This document shows, in pieces, positions 10,452-20,600 of a stretch of 64,000 bases of DNA. Origin of the DNA: Gammaproteobacteria bacterium (GTDB lineage: Bacteria; Pseudomonadota; Gammaproteobacteria; Ga0077554; Ga007554); the NCBI GenBank assembly GCA_040183005.1, contig JAMPIW010000007.1:798188-862187 (forward strand), written 5' to 3'. Numbering within the stretch: the first letter of the stretch is position 1; the number at the start of each line of letters is the position of its first letter. The notes beneath the pieces are model-generated. The model was not told where the DNA came from. It saw only the letters and a program-made list of their open reading frames with translations, and did no database searches. The position numbers and the translations under genes were made by a program.

Positions 10452-11438
10452 TCACGCGTTTGTTACGGGATCGTTGTCATGCGAGACGGCCCGGCGTATC
10501 AACCCCAGTTCGCGATGAATGGACTCCTGTAATGTCCGCATCGACAGCTCCAGCGCCGCAAGGCGTTGCTCAACCGCCGCACCTGAAGACGCTCCACCTG
10601 GAGCCTCCACCGGCCTGTTCGAACGGGGCGATTCCTGGCGTAACTCCTCATCAACCAGCGCAACGGTTTCCCCGTCAATCTCGTGGATTTCTTCCAGAAA
10701 ACCATACAGCAGCAACCGGTCGCAGAAGGTATTGATACGGCGCGGTATGCCGCCAGTAGCCAGATGGATGGCGGCATAAGCAGCGTCGGTGAACGTGGGA
10801 TCCCCCGACCACCCTGCCCTGCGCAGGCGATGCTCAATATAGGATTTAGTCTCATCGGCATCAAGCGGAGCCAGGTGATAAGCGGCGATCACCCGCTGGC
10901 GTAGCTGCTCCATGCCATCCGACTGCAGGGTGTGGCGGAACTCCGCCTGGCCCAGCAAAAAACTTTGCAACAGAGCCTTGTCGCCCGTTTGAAAATTGGA
11001 CAACATGCGTAATTCCTCAAGGGACCGCACCGGAATATTTTGCGCCTCGTCAACCACCAGCAATACACGTTTACCCTCTCGGGCGCGAGCGGCCAGGAAG
11101 GTTTCCAGATTCTTGAGCAGCGCTGCCTTGCTAATCCCTTCGTGAGCCAAACCAAAGGAGGCCGACACCATGCGCAGCATGTCATCCGCTTCGAGTTGCG
11201 TGGTCACCAATTGCGCGGCCACCACATTTTCTCTCACCAGATCGGCAAACAGGGTGCGCATCAGGGTGGTTTTACCAGTGCCAATGTCGCCCGTGATAAC
11301 GATAAAGCCTTCACCCTGATTCAGGCCATAGCGCAGATAGGCCATAGCGCGTTTATGGCTGCGACTACCGAAAAAGAAGCGCGGATCCGGGCCAAGTTGA
11401 AACGGCTTGTCGCGCAATTTATAGAAAGTCTCGTACAT
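10452..11438 (-). CDS. AAA ATPase, GspA/ExeA-like, PEP-CTERM system-associated
   Basis: It has a Walker A motif (GDIGTGKTT) and the LLVVDEAQ Walker B motif. At 328 aa it matches the exosortase-locus ATPase family. Confidence 0.8.
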   Translation of the reverse strand: MYETFYKLRDKPFQLGPDPRFFFGSRSHKRAMAYLRYGLNQGEGFIVITGDIGTGKTTLMRTLFADLVRENVVAAQLVTTQLEADDMLRMVSASFGLAHEGISKAALLKNLETFLAARAREGKRVLLVVDEAQNIPVRSLEELRMLSNFQTGDKALLQSFLLGQAEFRHTLQSDGMEQLRQRVIAAYHLAPLDADETKSYIEHRLRRAGWSGDPTFTDAAYAAIHLATGGIPRRINTFCDRLLLYGFLEEIHEIDGETVALVDEELRQESPRSNRPVEAPGGASSGAAVEQRLAALELSMRTLQESIHRELGLIRRAVSHDNDPVTNA

Positions 11439-11449
11439 TGGCGTGTCTC

Positions 11450-12925
11450 TTAAAAAGTCATATTCAAACTGGCGATAATCCTGTTTTCAGCATAACCGGC
11501 GCCGCCAGCACTGGAATTGCCCGTGAAATAACGATAATTAACGCTACCTGTCAGATGCGGATTAATGTTGCGGCTTAGGCCAACGCCCATATTCCAGAAG
11601 GAACTCTGCCGGTTCAGCGGGGCGCCAAAATCCGTGCGTTGCCAGCCGGCGGTGGTTATCGCCGTCGTATTTGGAGCAAGGCGCAAGCTCCATGAACCCT
11701 GCCCTCCATAAGATTCGTCGACTCTCGGATTGTTTTGAAATTCAAATCGTTGATCAAAAAAAGTCAGCGTAAAACTATTTCTGCCAGGGTTGTACCCGAC
11801 GCTGCCCTGCAGGCGCTTGATTATAAATACGTCGTTGGTGAGCGTGGGGACATTACCCGCTAGCAGCATAGGAAGCCCAGTGACCGGATCGACAAAGGGG
11901 TTGCCGACAGCATCGACAACCCCAAAAAACCGTCTTTCAAACTCCAGCTGGCGCACAGTCATTACATTTTGCATATAGCTGGCTTGCCAGTTAGTGCGAC
12001 GCGTAGAGTGATTCAAGTTAAAGGAATAGGTCGTTCCAAAAAACCGCTTTCCGTAGGTGGCTTGCAGCGATGTGCGAGAAGTTGGTGCCCAGTTAGCGCC
12101 AGCGCTCCAGAAACTACCACTAGGACGCTGTCCTGAAGCAGCAACGGCATAGCTATTCTGCTCATAGCCGCCCTGCGCAATCAGGCTGAATTTACGGGTC
12201 AGAATATAGCTCACATTGCCGGTAACCATTTCGAACTTCGTATCAGGAGCGCCCGAACCTGCATAATTGATTCTTTGCTGGCGATAATTCAATCCCCAGG
12301 GTATTTGATCAAAACTCGGCCCGCTTTTTAAGCTTGCGGAAACCGTATTGGAAGCACTATTAAATCCTCCGGCCTGATAATTGACAGTGTCATAGCTATA
12401 GCGCATCTCCGTGGAAGCAATTGAACCAAAGTTGTGGCGCAGATAAGGACTCACCCGAAATGTAATGACATCAGTTGTATTTCCGGTAACCGAAACATTG
12501 TCCAACGGCACAGGGCCGGTGCCTGAGATAATCCGCTGACCGATGGAGCTGCTTGCGTCAACAAAAAAAGTGTCTTCTACGAGCGTGGCTGTCCCGTTTG
12601 CAAACAGTTGATGGCGAATGTTATTGCGTGAACTGTCCTTTGCATAAAGCAGATTTTGCATGCGGTAGTTCAAGTTGAGCTTCAGTCTGGGCGCGTCGCC
12701 GGTTAATGAGACGCCCGGGTTGATCTGGGTAATGAACTCGCTCTGTTCTTTGCCACGTGGGGCAAGCGTAATGTTATCGGAGTAAGTTTCAGACAGATTC
12801 AAGGATGGTGTGACAGTCCAATCCATCGCATGCGCCGCCGGGGCAACCAGCGTGGCCATGCAAAATAGCGATAACCCGCCCTGCCGCACCGGCGAACCCT
12901 TGCGCCACAATGTCAAAGCACGCAT
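11450..12925 (-). CDS. Putative outer-membrane beta-barrel protein, PEP-CTERM system-associated
   Basis: It has a signal peptide (…LVAPAAHA) and Gly/Tyr/Ser/Asn-rich alternating strands. The terminal Phe is typical of BAM-dependent OMPs. It holds the conserved position between ATPase and tyrosine kinase. Confidence 0.6.
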   Translation of the reverse strand: MRALTLWRKGSPVRQGGLSLFCMATLVAPAAHAMDWTVTPSLNLSETYSDNITLAPRGKEQSEFITQINPGVSLTGDAPRLKLNLNYRMQNLLYAKDSSRNNIRHQLFANGTATLVEDTFFVDASSSIGQRIISGTGPVPLDNVSVTGNTTDVITFRVSPYLRHNFGSIASTEMRYSYDTVNYQAGGFNSASNTVSASLKSGPSFDQIPWGLNYRQQRINYAGSGAPDTKFEMVTGNVSYILTRKFSLIAQGGYEQNSYAVAASGQRPSGSFWSAGANWAPTSRTSLQATYGKRFFGTTYSFNLNHSTRRTNWQASYMQNVMTVRQLEFERRFFGVVDAVGNPFVDPVTGLPMLLAGNVPTLTNDVFIIKRLQGSVGYNPGRNSFTLTFFDQRFEFQNNPRVDESYGGQGSWSLRLAPNTTAITTAGWQRTDFGAPLNRQSSFWNMGVGLSRNINPHLTGSVNYRYFTGNSSAGGAGYAENRIIASLNMTF

Positions 12926-12937
12926 GTGTTGGCTGAT

Positions 12938-13969
12938 TTATTGGCCGTAGGTGCCATAATACGCCCCGTAATAATCGGCACCGAAAGGCTGGCGGCTCTT
13001 GTTTAAAACCAGATTGATGCTCTTGCTGGCGTCGAGCAGCGATAATGCCTCTTTGAGCGCGTCCTGCGTAGTTTTTTCCGACTCCACAACCACTACAATT
13101 TGCCCCATCAAGCTGGCAAGCACACTTGCTTCCGTCGTGGCAAGCAATGGCGGAGAATCAAAAATTACAATGCGATCAGAATAGCGCTGCGACAGCTCCC
13201 GCACCAGATTGCGCATATTTTCGCTGGCAAGCAGTTCCGTGGAATGATGATGCCGCCTCCCCGCCGGCAGCAGCGTCAGCTTCGGGATATCGGTCCTGAT
13301 TAACAGTTGCGATAAGTCGGGGTAATCACCGGTCAGGTAATCCACCAGTCCAGGGCCGGTCTCGATGCCGAAATAGGCGGTGACGGCGGGCCGCGCCACG
13401 TCGGCATCTATCAGCAATACCGTGTTATCAAATTCCGTGGCAATGCTCATCGCCAAATTGATGGAGTTGAAGGTTTTGCCTTCGCCTGGGAAGGCGCTGG
13501 TAACCATGATCAGGTTGCCGTTTTCGACGAGGGCCGCTCCTTGCCCAAAGGCGTTTTTCAGCAAGGGACGCTTGATCATCCGGAATTCCTCGGCAATCTG
13601 GCTGCGCGCAGCATCGGGCGTTACCATGCCGGCCGCTCTGAGGCGTAGCATATCGAGCTTGATCTCGCGCCCTGAAACCGCCAATGCCGTTTCTTGCCCA
13701 GGGGCCGTCGTGCGGGGCTGCTCTACATTTGATGATGGAGATGACGTGGAATGTTTGTCATGCAGAGGCGTCGGCTCAGCCTTGCTTGCGACATGTATCG
13801 GCGACGGAGAAGAATGATCCTCAAATCTTTCGATGGCCTGCTGAATAGTGCTATGTAATTCCGCCCTATTTTCCGATAGGGTCTCGGCCTGGCTTGGTGT
13901 CGCCCCCGCTGCCGGAGTTGCATTGCCCGGTCGCTCCATTTTCTCGATAGCTTTTTCGATAGTGCTCAT
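12938..13969 (-). CDS. Exopolysaccharide tyrosine autokinase (BY-kinase catalytic subunit, EpsG-like)
   Basis: Walker A (AFPGEGKTFNS), DxD Walker B, and a C-terminal Tyr cluster (YYGAYYGTYGQ) are present. Confidence 0.8.
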   Translation of the reverse strand: MSTIEKAIEKMERPGNATPAAGATPSQAETLSENRAELHSTIQQAIERFEDHSSPSPIHVASKAEPTPLHDKHSTSSPSSNVEQPRTTAPGQETALAVSGREIKLDMLRLRAAGMVTPDAARSQIAEEFRMIKRPLLKNAFGQGAALVENGNLIMVTSAFPGEGKTFNSINLAMSIATEFDNTVLLIDADVARPAVTAYFGIETGPGLVDYLTGDYPDLSQLLIRTDIPKLTLLPAGRRHHHSTELLASENMRNLVRELSQRYSDRIVIFDSPPLLATTEASVLASLMGQIVVVVESEKTTQDALKEALSLLDASKSINLVLNKSRQPFGADYYGAYYGTYGQ

Positions 13970-13971
13970 GC

Positions 13972-15546
13972 TCAGCTTCCCACTAGACCTTTAACCCGCC
14001 CCACGACATCGACATCAAGCAGTAACAATGTCTCAATGCCGCCGAAAATCACTAAAAGGCCAAGCCCAGTCAATGCAAACGCGCCCATTTCTATGCGCCG
14101 TTTGCGCGTTTGCGCCGGCGTCCACACCATCGACACGCTGCCCAATACAGGAATTCCCGTGATTTCCGCTAGACTGCGTCGGTTGTCAAATACCGGTTTA
14201 AGCTGAGAGAACAGTAGCGCGAACACTAGTCCCCCAACCAAACCACCGAGCAACACCAAGCTCATCAGCAAGGGACGGTTTGGAGCCGAGGGAGTCGATG
14301 GCACATAGGGCGGATCGATAACCCTGAACTTAACGTCGTCGGCATTTTGCCCCACTTCCTGGGACATCTTGGCGGATTCGCGTCGCGCCAACAGCGTATC
14401 GTAGTTCTGCTTGTTCACTTCATAGTCGCGGTTTAACTGTGCCAGCTCGGTTTCAACCTGGGGAATGATGTTCACCATCCCCTTTAGCTGATTAACCCGC
14501 CTAGAGTATTCTCCTACGCGCACCCGCAACGAAGCGACGTTGGCATCCGCCTCGTTCAAGGCAATTTTCATTTGAGCGTACACAGGATTTGTCGAAGACG
14601 CCCCACCACCCTTCTTGGTCGTAGAGGTGGCCTTCAACTCGTCCTGCTTTTGTTTCTGTAACTCCGCGATGATGCGCTTTGTTTCGATAATATCAGGGTG
14701 ACGCTCCGTGTATTGCAGCAACATGCTATCCATTTTGGATCGCAACGCCTCAATTCTCGCATCAATGGCGGATGTTGATGCGGTTGGGGGCGGGCTAAAG
14801 GTGGCGGTATCGGACGGATCCTCATCTTCAATCTGGCGTTTAAGCTCATTCCGGCGGTTTTCGGCTTCGCGCAACTCCAGTTGTGCCTGGTTGAGAAGTC
14901 CCATTTCCGTTTGCATACTATCGTAATACCCTTCGCCGCGCGCGGGCATCATCCCTACATTTTTTCGTTTGAATTCCTTGACTTTTTCTTCAGCCTCGAC
15001 GAGGCGCCGTTCGTAGTCGGCAATCTGTTTGTCAATAAAGTGCTGGGCACTGTCCGAGTCTCGCCGACTCTCGCCTAGGCTGCTTTCCACGAAAATGGTA
15101 AGCAATGACTGCACAACCTTCTTGGCCAGTTGCGGATCGCTATTGACATAGGAAATTGTGTACAGGTTCTCTCGGCCCGTGCCTTCCATGGTGATATTTT
15201 TACCCAAGGCGGCCAGTAACCCCTCCATCTGCTCCGGCTCTTTTCCTTGCAGGTCAAGATCGGTCATGCGCGCGACCTTCTCGAGGTTTGGGCGGCTAAG
15301 CAGCGTGCGCGTCATAAGGGCGATCTGCTGCTCAATGTCGGTTTGGACTGTCAAGCCACTCAGCAAAGGCTTAAGGATGGACTGGGTATCCACATACACG
15401 CGCGCCGAGGCCTTGTACTGGTCGGGCATTTTATAAACCACGACCCAACCTACGAAGCATACCAGCCATGCAACCAGCAGTACGAGCCAGCGATGGCGCA
15501 ATACTCCGCGCGCATAGACAAGCACCTGGACAATAACGTCTTGCAT
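13972..15546 (-). CDS. Polysaccharide chain-length determinant (Wzz/PCP family, PEP-CTERM-locus subtype)
   Basis: It has an N-terminal TM segment, a long coiled-coil periplasmic region and a C-terminal TM with a Gly-rich segment (LLGGLVGGLVFALLF). It is 524 aa. Confidence 0.75.
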   Translation of the reverse strand: MQDVIVQVLVYARGVLRHRWLVLLVAWLVCFVGWVVVYKMPDQYKASARVYVDTQSILKPLLSGLTVQTDIEQQIALMTRTLLSRPNLEKVARMTDLDLQGKEPEQMEGLLAALGKNITMEGTGRENLYTISYVNSDPQLAKKVVQSLLTIFVESSLGESRRDSDSAQHFIDKQIADYERRLVEAEEKVKEFKRKNVGMMPARGEGYYDSMQTEMGLLNQAQLELREAENRRNELKRQIEDEDPSDTATFSPPPTASTSAIDARIEALRSKMDSMLLQYTERHPDIIETKRIIAELQKQKQDELKATSTTKKGGGASSTNPVYAQMKIALNEADANVASLRVRVGEYSRRVNQLKGMVNIIPQVETELAQLNRDYEVNKQNYDTLLARRESAKMSQEVGQNADDVKFRVIDPPYVPSTPSAPNRPLLMSLVLLGGLVGGLVFALLFSQLKPVFDNRRSLAEITGIPVLGSVSMVWTPAQTRKRRIEMGAFALTGLGLLVIFGGIETLLLLDVDVVGRVKGLVGS

Positions 15547-15916
15547 CTGTTACCTCAAATATAGACAAACAGCGCGATCACTTACTAAGGCATACACTCG
15601 TAGCGTAACGCCGATAGTCGCTTCAAATACCTATTTTCAGGCCATTTCGGCGAAAGTGTATGTGGCTTTACCAACGTGGTTGTTAGTTTAGTATGGTAAT
15701 GGAGCTTCCAGATAAGAAAAGCAAAAATGTTTACTTTTATTGCGCTTTCCAATCACTTGAGTGACCAAAGATGGTGGCATAACCCCTGTATAACACAGGC
15801 ATCTCAAGTAACCAGAAATAGTCTTAACAAGAGCTTCAAAACATCACTCCCGCGCGCATTCCCGCAACGGAAAGATACATGTCAAAGGTACTGGCAAGTT
15901 ATCTTTCAACAATCCT

Positions 15917-16558
15917 CTAGAGCCAGGATTCAGGAATGATCAGGATGTCCCCTGGTAATATATCGACATTCGCGCTGATATCTCCATCCTTGATTAGATC
16001 CTCAAGACGCACCTGAAACTGCTTCTGTTTGCCACCAACAAAACGCACGATACTGGCCTTGTTTCCATCGGCAGCGTCGGTGATTCCGCCCACGGCAATC
16101 ATCAGATCAAGCATGGTCATCTTTTGGCGATAAGGAAGCGCCTGGGGTTTGGCGGCCTCGCCCATGACGCGAATCTGCTCGCTGTAAGGGCCGACAAATC
16201 CACCGACAATCACGGTAACGATGGGTTCTTTGATGTATGTTGCCAGCGCCTTTTCAAGGTCGCGCGCCAACTGGGTTGGTGTCTTGCCGCTGGCGGGGAG
16301 GTCTTCCACAAGAGGGGTGGTAATCTTGCCGTCGGGACGCACCGTCACCGTATTGGAAACTTCAGGATTGCGCCATACAAAAATGTTGACGCTGTCCCCT
16401 GGACCAATGAGGTAATTGTAGGCATCAGGATCGGATGTCGAGGGCAAGGATCCCTTGGTGGTGGGCAACGGAGGATAGGTCTTGCCCACGCAGCCCGTCA
16501 AGGCCAGGGACAACACAAGCATTGCCAGTGTACAAACTCGATAACGGGAAATATTCAT
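15917..16558 (-). CDS. Polysaccharide export outer-membrane lipoprotein (Wza/OPX family, EpsE-like)
   Basis: It has a lipoprotein signal (LALTGC) and the PGDSVNIFVWRNPE polysaccharide-export motif. It is the first gene of the minus-strand eps operon. Confidence 0.8.
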   Translation of the reverse strand: MNISRYRVCTLAMLVLSLALTGCVGKTYPPLPTTKGSLPSTSDPDAYNYLIGPGDSVNIFVWRNPEVSNTVTVRPDGKITTPLVEDLPASGKTPTQLARDLEKALATYIKEPIVTVIVGGFVGPYSEQIRVMGEAAKPQALPYRQKMTMLDLMIAVGGITDAADGNKASIVRFVGGKQKQFQVRLEDLIKDGDISANVDILPGDILIIPESWL

Positions 16559-16753
16559 TTTTTATTCGTCCCCTTCAGCAGGATTCCAAGCAGAGGCATA
16601 TCGTTGGTTGTTATCATACGGCCAAGCGAAGTACAAATTAGTTACAGCTCTCCATTCTATCAAACAAAGCGTGGCTTTGGCGCAATCTCTTTGTAGGATT
16701 TCCACTCATCGCCATGTCATACACTCACTCCGGCAATAGGATATTATACACAT

Positions 16754-18106
16754 ATGAACAACCGGTTACTTGCCCAACGTGACTTGGCGGTGCTCTGGCA
16801 TCCCTGCACCCAGATGAAGGATCACGAACATCTGCCTGTGATCCCGATCCGGCGTGGCACAGGTGTGTGGCTGGAGGATTTTGACGGCAACCGCTATATC
16901 GACGCCATCAGCTCGTGGTGGGTCAATCTGTTTGGTCACGCCAACCCACGTATCAATGCCGCGCTGCACGAACAGCTCGACACCCTGGAACATGTCTTAT
17001 TGGCCGGTTTTTCTCACGAGACGGTGATCCGTTTATCGGAGCGCTTAGTGGCGCTAACGCCGCCGGGGCTTGACCGATGCTTTTACGCCGACAACGGATC
17101 ATCCGCCGTTGAGGTGTCCCTGAAGATGAGCTATCACTACTGGCGCAACCTGGGGCAGACACAAAAGACCAAATTCATTACCCTGACCAACAGCTACCAC
17201 GGCGAGACGCTGGGTGCCCTCGCAATGGGTAATGTCCCACTCTACAAGGAAATTTACGCACCGCTGCTGATGGAGACGATCAGTGTACCCTCTCCCGACT
17301 GCTTTTACCGTGAATCAGGCGAGTCCTGCGCTGATTACTCGCGACGCATGTTTGGCCACATGGAGCAGGCGCTAGAACAGCACGCCGGCCAGGCGTGTGC
17401 AGTAATCGTGGAGCCGCTGGTACAATGCGCGGGCTCCATGCGCATGTATGACCCGGTATACCTGACCCTGCTGCGCGACGCCTGCGATAAACACAACGTC
17501 CACCTCATCGCCGATGAGATCGCAGTGGGTTTTGGACGCACCGGCACAATGTTCGCGTGCGAACAGGCGGGCATTACGCCGGACTTCATGTGCCTGTCCA
17601 AGGGACTCACCGGCGGGTATATGCCTCTGTCCGTCGTATTGACCACGGAGGTGGTCTATCAGGCATTCTACGACGATTATCAGAACCTAACCGCCTTTCT
17701 GCACTCTCATAGCTATACCGGCAATCCCCTCGCTTGCCGGGCGGCGCTGGCGACTTTGGATATCTTCGAGCAAGACAATGTGCTTGAAAAAAATCGGGCG
17801 CTTGCCGAAGCCATGCGCGCCACGACAGCCCGTTTCGCGGAGCACCCGCATGTCGCCGAGGTGCGTCAGTGCGGCATGATCCTCGCTATTGAAATGGTCA
17901 AAGACAAGCGCACACGAGAGCCCTACCCCTGGCAGGAACGTCGTGGCCTGCGCGTTTACCGTCATGCCTTGGAAAAAGGCGTGCTGCTAAGGCCGCTTGG
18001 CAATGTTGTCTACCTCATGCCACCTTATGTCATCACTGAAGAGCAAATCGCTTATATTGCCGAGGTGGCTTGGGAAGGGATAACTCTTTCAACCGGCGAA
18101 TCCTGA
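16754..18106 (+). CDS. bioA: Adenosylmethionine-8-amino-7-oxononanoate aminotransferase
   Basis: Near full-length collinearity with E. coli BioA (WHPxTQM, SSWW, LIADEIAxGFGRTG, YLMPPY). Confidence 0.9.
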   Translation: MNNRLLAQRDLAVLWHPCTQMKDHEHLPVIPIRRGTGVWLEDFDGNRYIDAISSWWVNLFGHANPRINAALHEQLDTLEHVLLAGFSHETVIRLSERLVALTPPGLDRCFYADNGSSAVEVSLKMSYHYWRNLGQTQKTKFITLTNSYHGETLGALAMGNVPLYKEIYAPLLMETISVPSPDCFYRESGESCADYSRRMFGHMEQALEQHAGQACAVIVEPLVQCAGSMRMYDPVYLTLLRDACDKHNVHLIADEIAVGFGRTGTMFACEQAGITPDFMCLSKGLTGGYMPLSVVLTTEVVYQAFYDDYQNLTAFLHSHSYTGNPLACRAALATLDIFEQDNVLEKNRALAEAMRATTARFAEHPHVAEVRQCGMILAIEMVKDKRTREPYPWQERRGLRVYRHALEKGVLLRPLGNVVYLMPPYVITEEQIAYIAEVAWEGITLSTGES

Positions 18107-18127
18107 TCCGAGACTCGCAGCATAAAT

Positions 18128-18862
18128 ATGCGTATTCCCCGAATTTATCTACCTATCCCCTTGGCAAGCGGCGCCAGCGCGACCTTGGATGCCAACGCAG
18201 CCAATCACATCATCCGGGTGTTACGCTTGAAACCTGGCGCGCCGCTGATCCTGTTTAATGGACTTGGGGGGGAATATGAAGCCGTTCTACGCAGCACAGA
18301 CAGGAACCGCGCGGAAGTTAGCGTAGGGAGCTACATTGCACACGAAACCGAATCACCGTTGCACATCACACTTGCGCAAGGCGTATCGCGCGGTGAACGC
18401 ATGGACTACACCATCCAAAAGGCGGTGGAGCTCGGTGTAACGAAGATCGTGCCGCTGATCAGCGAGCGTTGCGAAGTACGCCTGGAGGGAGAGCGTCTGA
18501 CCAAGCGCGTGCAGCACTGGCAGGCCGTGGCGGCAAGCGCCTGTGAACAGTGCGGCCGCAACCGGGTACCACCGGTGTTGGCTCCCGTGCCTTTGAGTAG
18601 CTGGCTTGCGGAGTCAGCACATGGCATCAGACTGGTATTGAATCCGCTTGCCCCCGCCACGCTAACGTCGCTTTCCAAGCCTGATGATCCTCTAATTACA
18701 CTGCTGATTGGCCCGGAAGGCGGCCTGAGCGATGCAGAGATCAAGGGCGCGCAGCAATCCGGATTTGAGGGCATACGCCTTGGCCCACGCATATTGCGCA
18801 CCGAAACCGCAGCAGTGACGGCCTTGTCTGCACTGCAAATGTTGTGGGGGGATTTGGGGTAA
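18128..18862 (+). CDS. rsmE: 16S rRNA (uracil1498-N3)-methyltransferase
   Basis: The MRIPRIYL N-terminus, a PUA-like N-domain and a SPOUT C-domain (LLIGPEGG) are present. Confidence 0.85.
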   Translation: MRIPRIYLPIPLASGASATLDANAANHIIRVLRLKPGAPLILFNGLGGEYEAVLRSTDRNRAEVSVGSYIAHETESPLHITLAQGVSRGERMDYTIQKAVELGVTKIVPLISERCEVRLEGERLTKRVQHWQAVAASACEQCGRNRVPPVLAPVPLSSWLAESAHGIRLVLNPLAPATLTSLSKPDDPLITLLIGPEGGLSDAEIKGAQQSGFEGIRLGPRILRTETAAVTALSALQMLWGDLG

Positions 18863-18869
18863 AACTGGG

Positions 18870-19472
18870 TTACTTCGCCAGCGACAGCACAAAAGTTACC
18901 AGCTTTTCGATATCCGCATCGGAGACGCGCGGGGAATAAGGGGGCATGGGCACACCGCCGGTCACTTCTGTCCAATTGCCTTTGCCACCCGCTTTGACCT
19001 TGGCGATCAATCTGGCTTTGGCTTCGGCATCTCCCTTGTATCTCGCGGACACATCCTTCCACGCCGGACCCACAATTTTCTTCTCCACGCTATGACAGGC
19101 AAGGCAGCCGCTCTTTTGCGCCAGGGCCAGGGCGTCTGAACCGCTCTCGGATTTGACCGGGGTAGAGGTGGCCACCTGTTCGGCAGGTGCTTTTTTCTCA
19201 ACGGCCGCTGGTTGAGCCGGGGCGCTTTCCTGGGGTTTGGCGACTTCGGGAGCGGTAGCCGTGGGCGAAACAGGGGTGGCCTCAGGGACGCTAGCTACAG
19301 AGGGTGAAGCAGGCTGAGCGGCGGGGGGAGATTCCGGTGTTGATTCCGGGGGGCTGACCGACGAGACTGGAGAAGAAACGGAGGGTTCTTCCTCCTGCTG
19401 CTGTTGCTTGCCACAGGCACTCAGTGCCAAGGCAATGCAGACAGATGCAATAGTAATTACAGGAAATTTCAT
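18870..19472 (-). CDS. Lipoprotein class-I cytochrome c (c551/c552-like) with long Pro/Ala/Glu-rich linker
   Basis: It has a lipobox (LSAC) and a single CLACH heme-binding site, with Met-containing distal region PMPPY. The about 100-aa low-complexity linker is PESTPESPPAAQPASP. Confidence 0.75.
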   Translation of the reverse strand: MKFPVITIASVCIALALSACGKQQQQEEEPSVSSPVSSVSPPESTPESPPAAQPASPSVASVPEATPVSPTATAPEVAKPQESAPAQPAAVEKKAPAEQVATSTPVKSESGSDALALAQKSGCLACHSVEKKIVGPAWKDVSARYKGDAEAKARLIAKVKAGGKGNWTEVTGGVPMPPYSPRVSDADIEKLVTFVLSLAK

Positions 19473-19513
19473 TTTTATCTTCCTCATGGTTATGCCAAAT
19501 ATTGGGGTTGTTG

Positions 19514-20065
19514 CTATTTATCGCTCATGATCTTGAGTGTAGCAATATCGCCGAGCTGGGCGCGGATCTCATTGATGCTGGGGCGGCGCGCGCGATATGC
19601 TGTATCAAACTTGCCGCCGCAGATCATCCGGCGTACGTTCGGTTGGCGCGGCGATTCCAGCCATAGGTGCCATGCCAGCAACAAATCACGCGAGCCGGAG
19701 TTTCCTCCCCCTGAAACAGCCATTATAAATGGGCTGCGGGACGCGATAAACTCTTCTCCCATTTGCGTCTTACGCACCACAAATTCGTCCGCTTTGAGGG
19801 TTTGCCCGGCAGGAAGCACATCATTCACTTCAAATTGACAATAAGGAGAGAACGGACTGGGACCCTTCACGACCTTTCCATTCTGCAAATAGACACGCGC
19901 CCGATCCGGTGGAATCTGGAGATCCTGGTGCAGCACAATCCTGGACCCTGCGGGAACCGCGTAAAACGGCGAATTCTCATCTTTGGGAGCCAAGCTCGCG
20001 CATGCAGTCAAACTCAAGGTGGCGAGAGCCAGGCTGTATCTGAGCCATAGGTTCATGGTTATCAC
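19514..20065 (-). CDS. Hypothetical lipoprotein
   Basis: A lipobox (LTAC) follows the signal peptide. No family was recognised. Confidence 0.45.
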   Translation of the reverse strand: MITMNLWLRYSLALATLSLTACASLAPKDENSPFYAVPAGSRIVLHQDLQIPPDRARVYLQNGKVVKGPSPFSPYCQFEVNDVLPAGQTLKADEFVVRKTQMGEEFIASRSPFIMAVSGGGNSGSRDLLLAWHLWLESPRQPNVRRMICGGKFDTAYRARRPSINEIRAQLGDIATLKIMSDK

Positions 20066-20101
20066 TCCTGATAACTTTTAAAAGCTACTTTAAGCAACTT
20101 G

Positions 20102-20599
20102 CTAAAGCACCACCGGCCTGTCGGGAAGTTCGTTGGGGTTGATGCCGTCGGCAGGGAAATGTTTTGTGAGATGTTCCGCAACCGCCTGAATGCCGCTGAT
20201 CACACCCTCCTGGTAACGGCCTGCTTTGAAAGCAGCCTCCATCTTGCGGCAGATTGTCTCCCATTCCTGCGGTCCGACTTTCGCATGCACTCCGCGATCG
20301 GCGACGATTTCTACGTCGCGGTCGGCCAGCAACAGATAAATCAGTACGCCGTTATTATGCTCAGTATCCCACACCCGCAACTGCGAAAACACCTCCAGGG
20401 CACGTTCCCGCGCGGATTGCCCCTTGAAGAGCGGCGTGCTGTGCAGTGCCCCTTCCACGGCAAAGCGGATCTCGCCCAGATGCGTGGTTTCGGCGGCCTT
20501 GATGGCTTTTTCTATCGCCTGCAAGGTGTCGCTCGAAAAAGCGCGCTTGACCTGCCAGTGGGTCATCGTCAGATGTTTGATGATGCGTTCGATACTCAT
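20102..20599 (-). CDS. TPM-domain protein (TLP18.3/Psb32/MOLO-1 phosphatase-like)
   Basis: The TPM fold signature (VxVxxxL…GVLIYLLLADRDVEIV, KAGRYQEGV) begins at MSIERI (ATG 20599). The track ORF is N-extended. Confidence 0.7.
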   Translation of the reverse strand: MSIERIIKHLTMTHWQVKRAFSSDTLQAIEKAIKAAETTHLGEIRFAVEGALHSTPLFKGQSARERALEVFSQLRVWDTEHNNGVLIYLLLADRDVEIVADRGVHAKVGPQEWETICRKMEAAFKAGRYQEGVISGIQAVAEHLTKHFPADGINPNELPDRPVVL

Positions 20600-20600
20600 A

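Noticed and set aside
16559-16753. Sigma-54 (-24/-12) promoter candidates in the bioA / eps divergent intergenic region and at 15547-15916
   Set aside because: TGGC…GC-like strings are present, but the spacing does not fit the TGGCAC-N5-TTGC consensus, so no promoter call was made.
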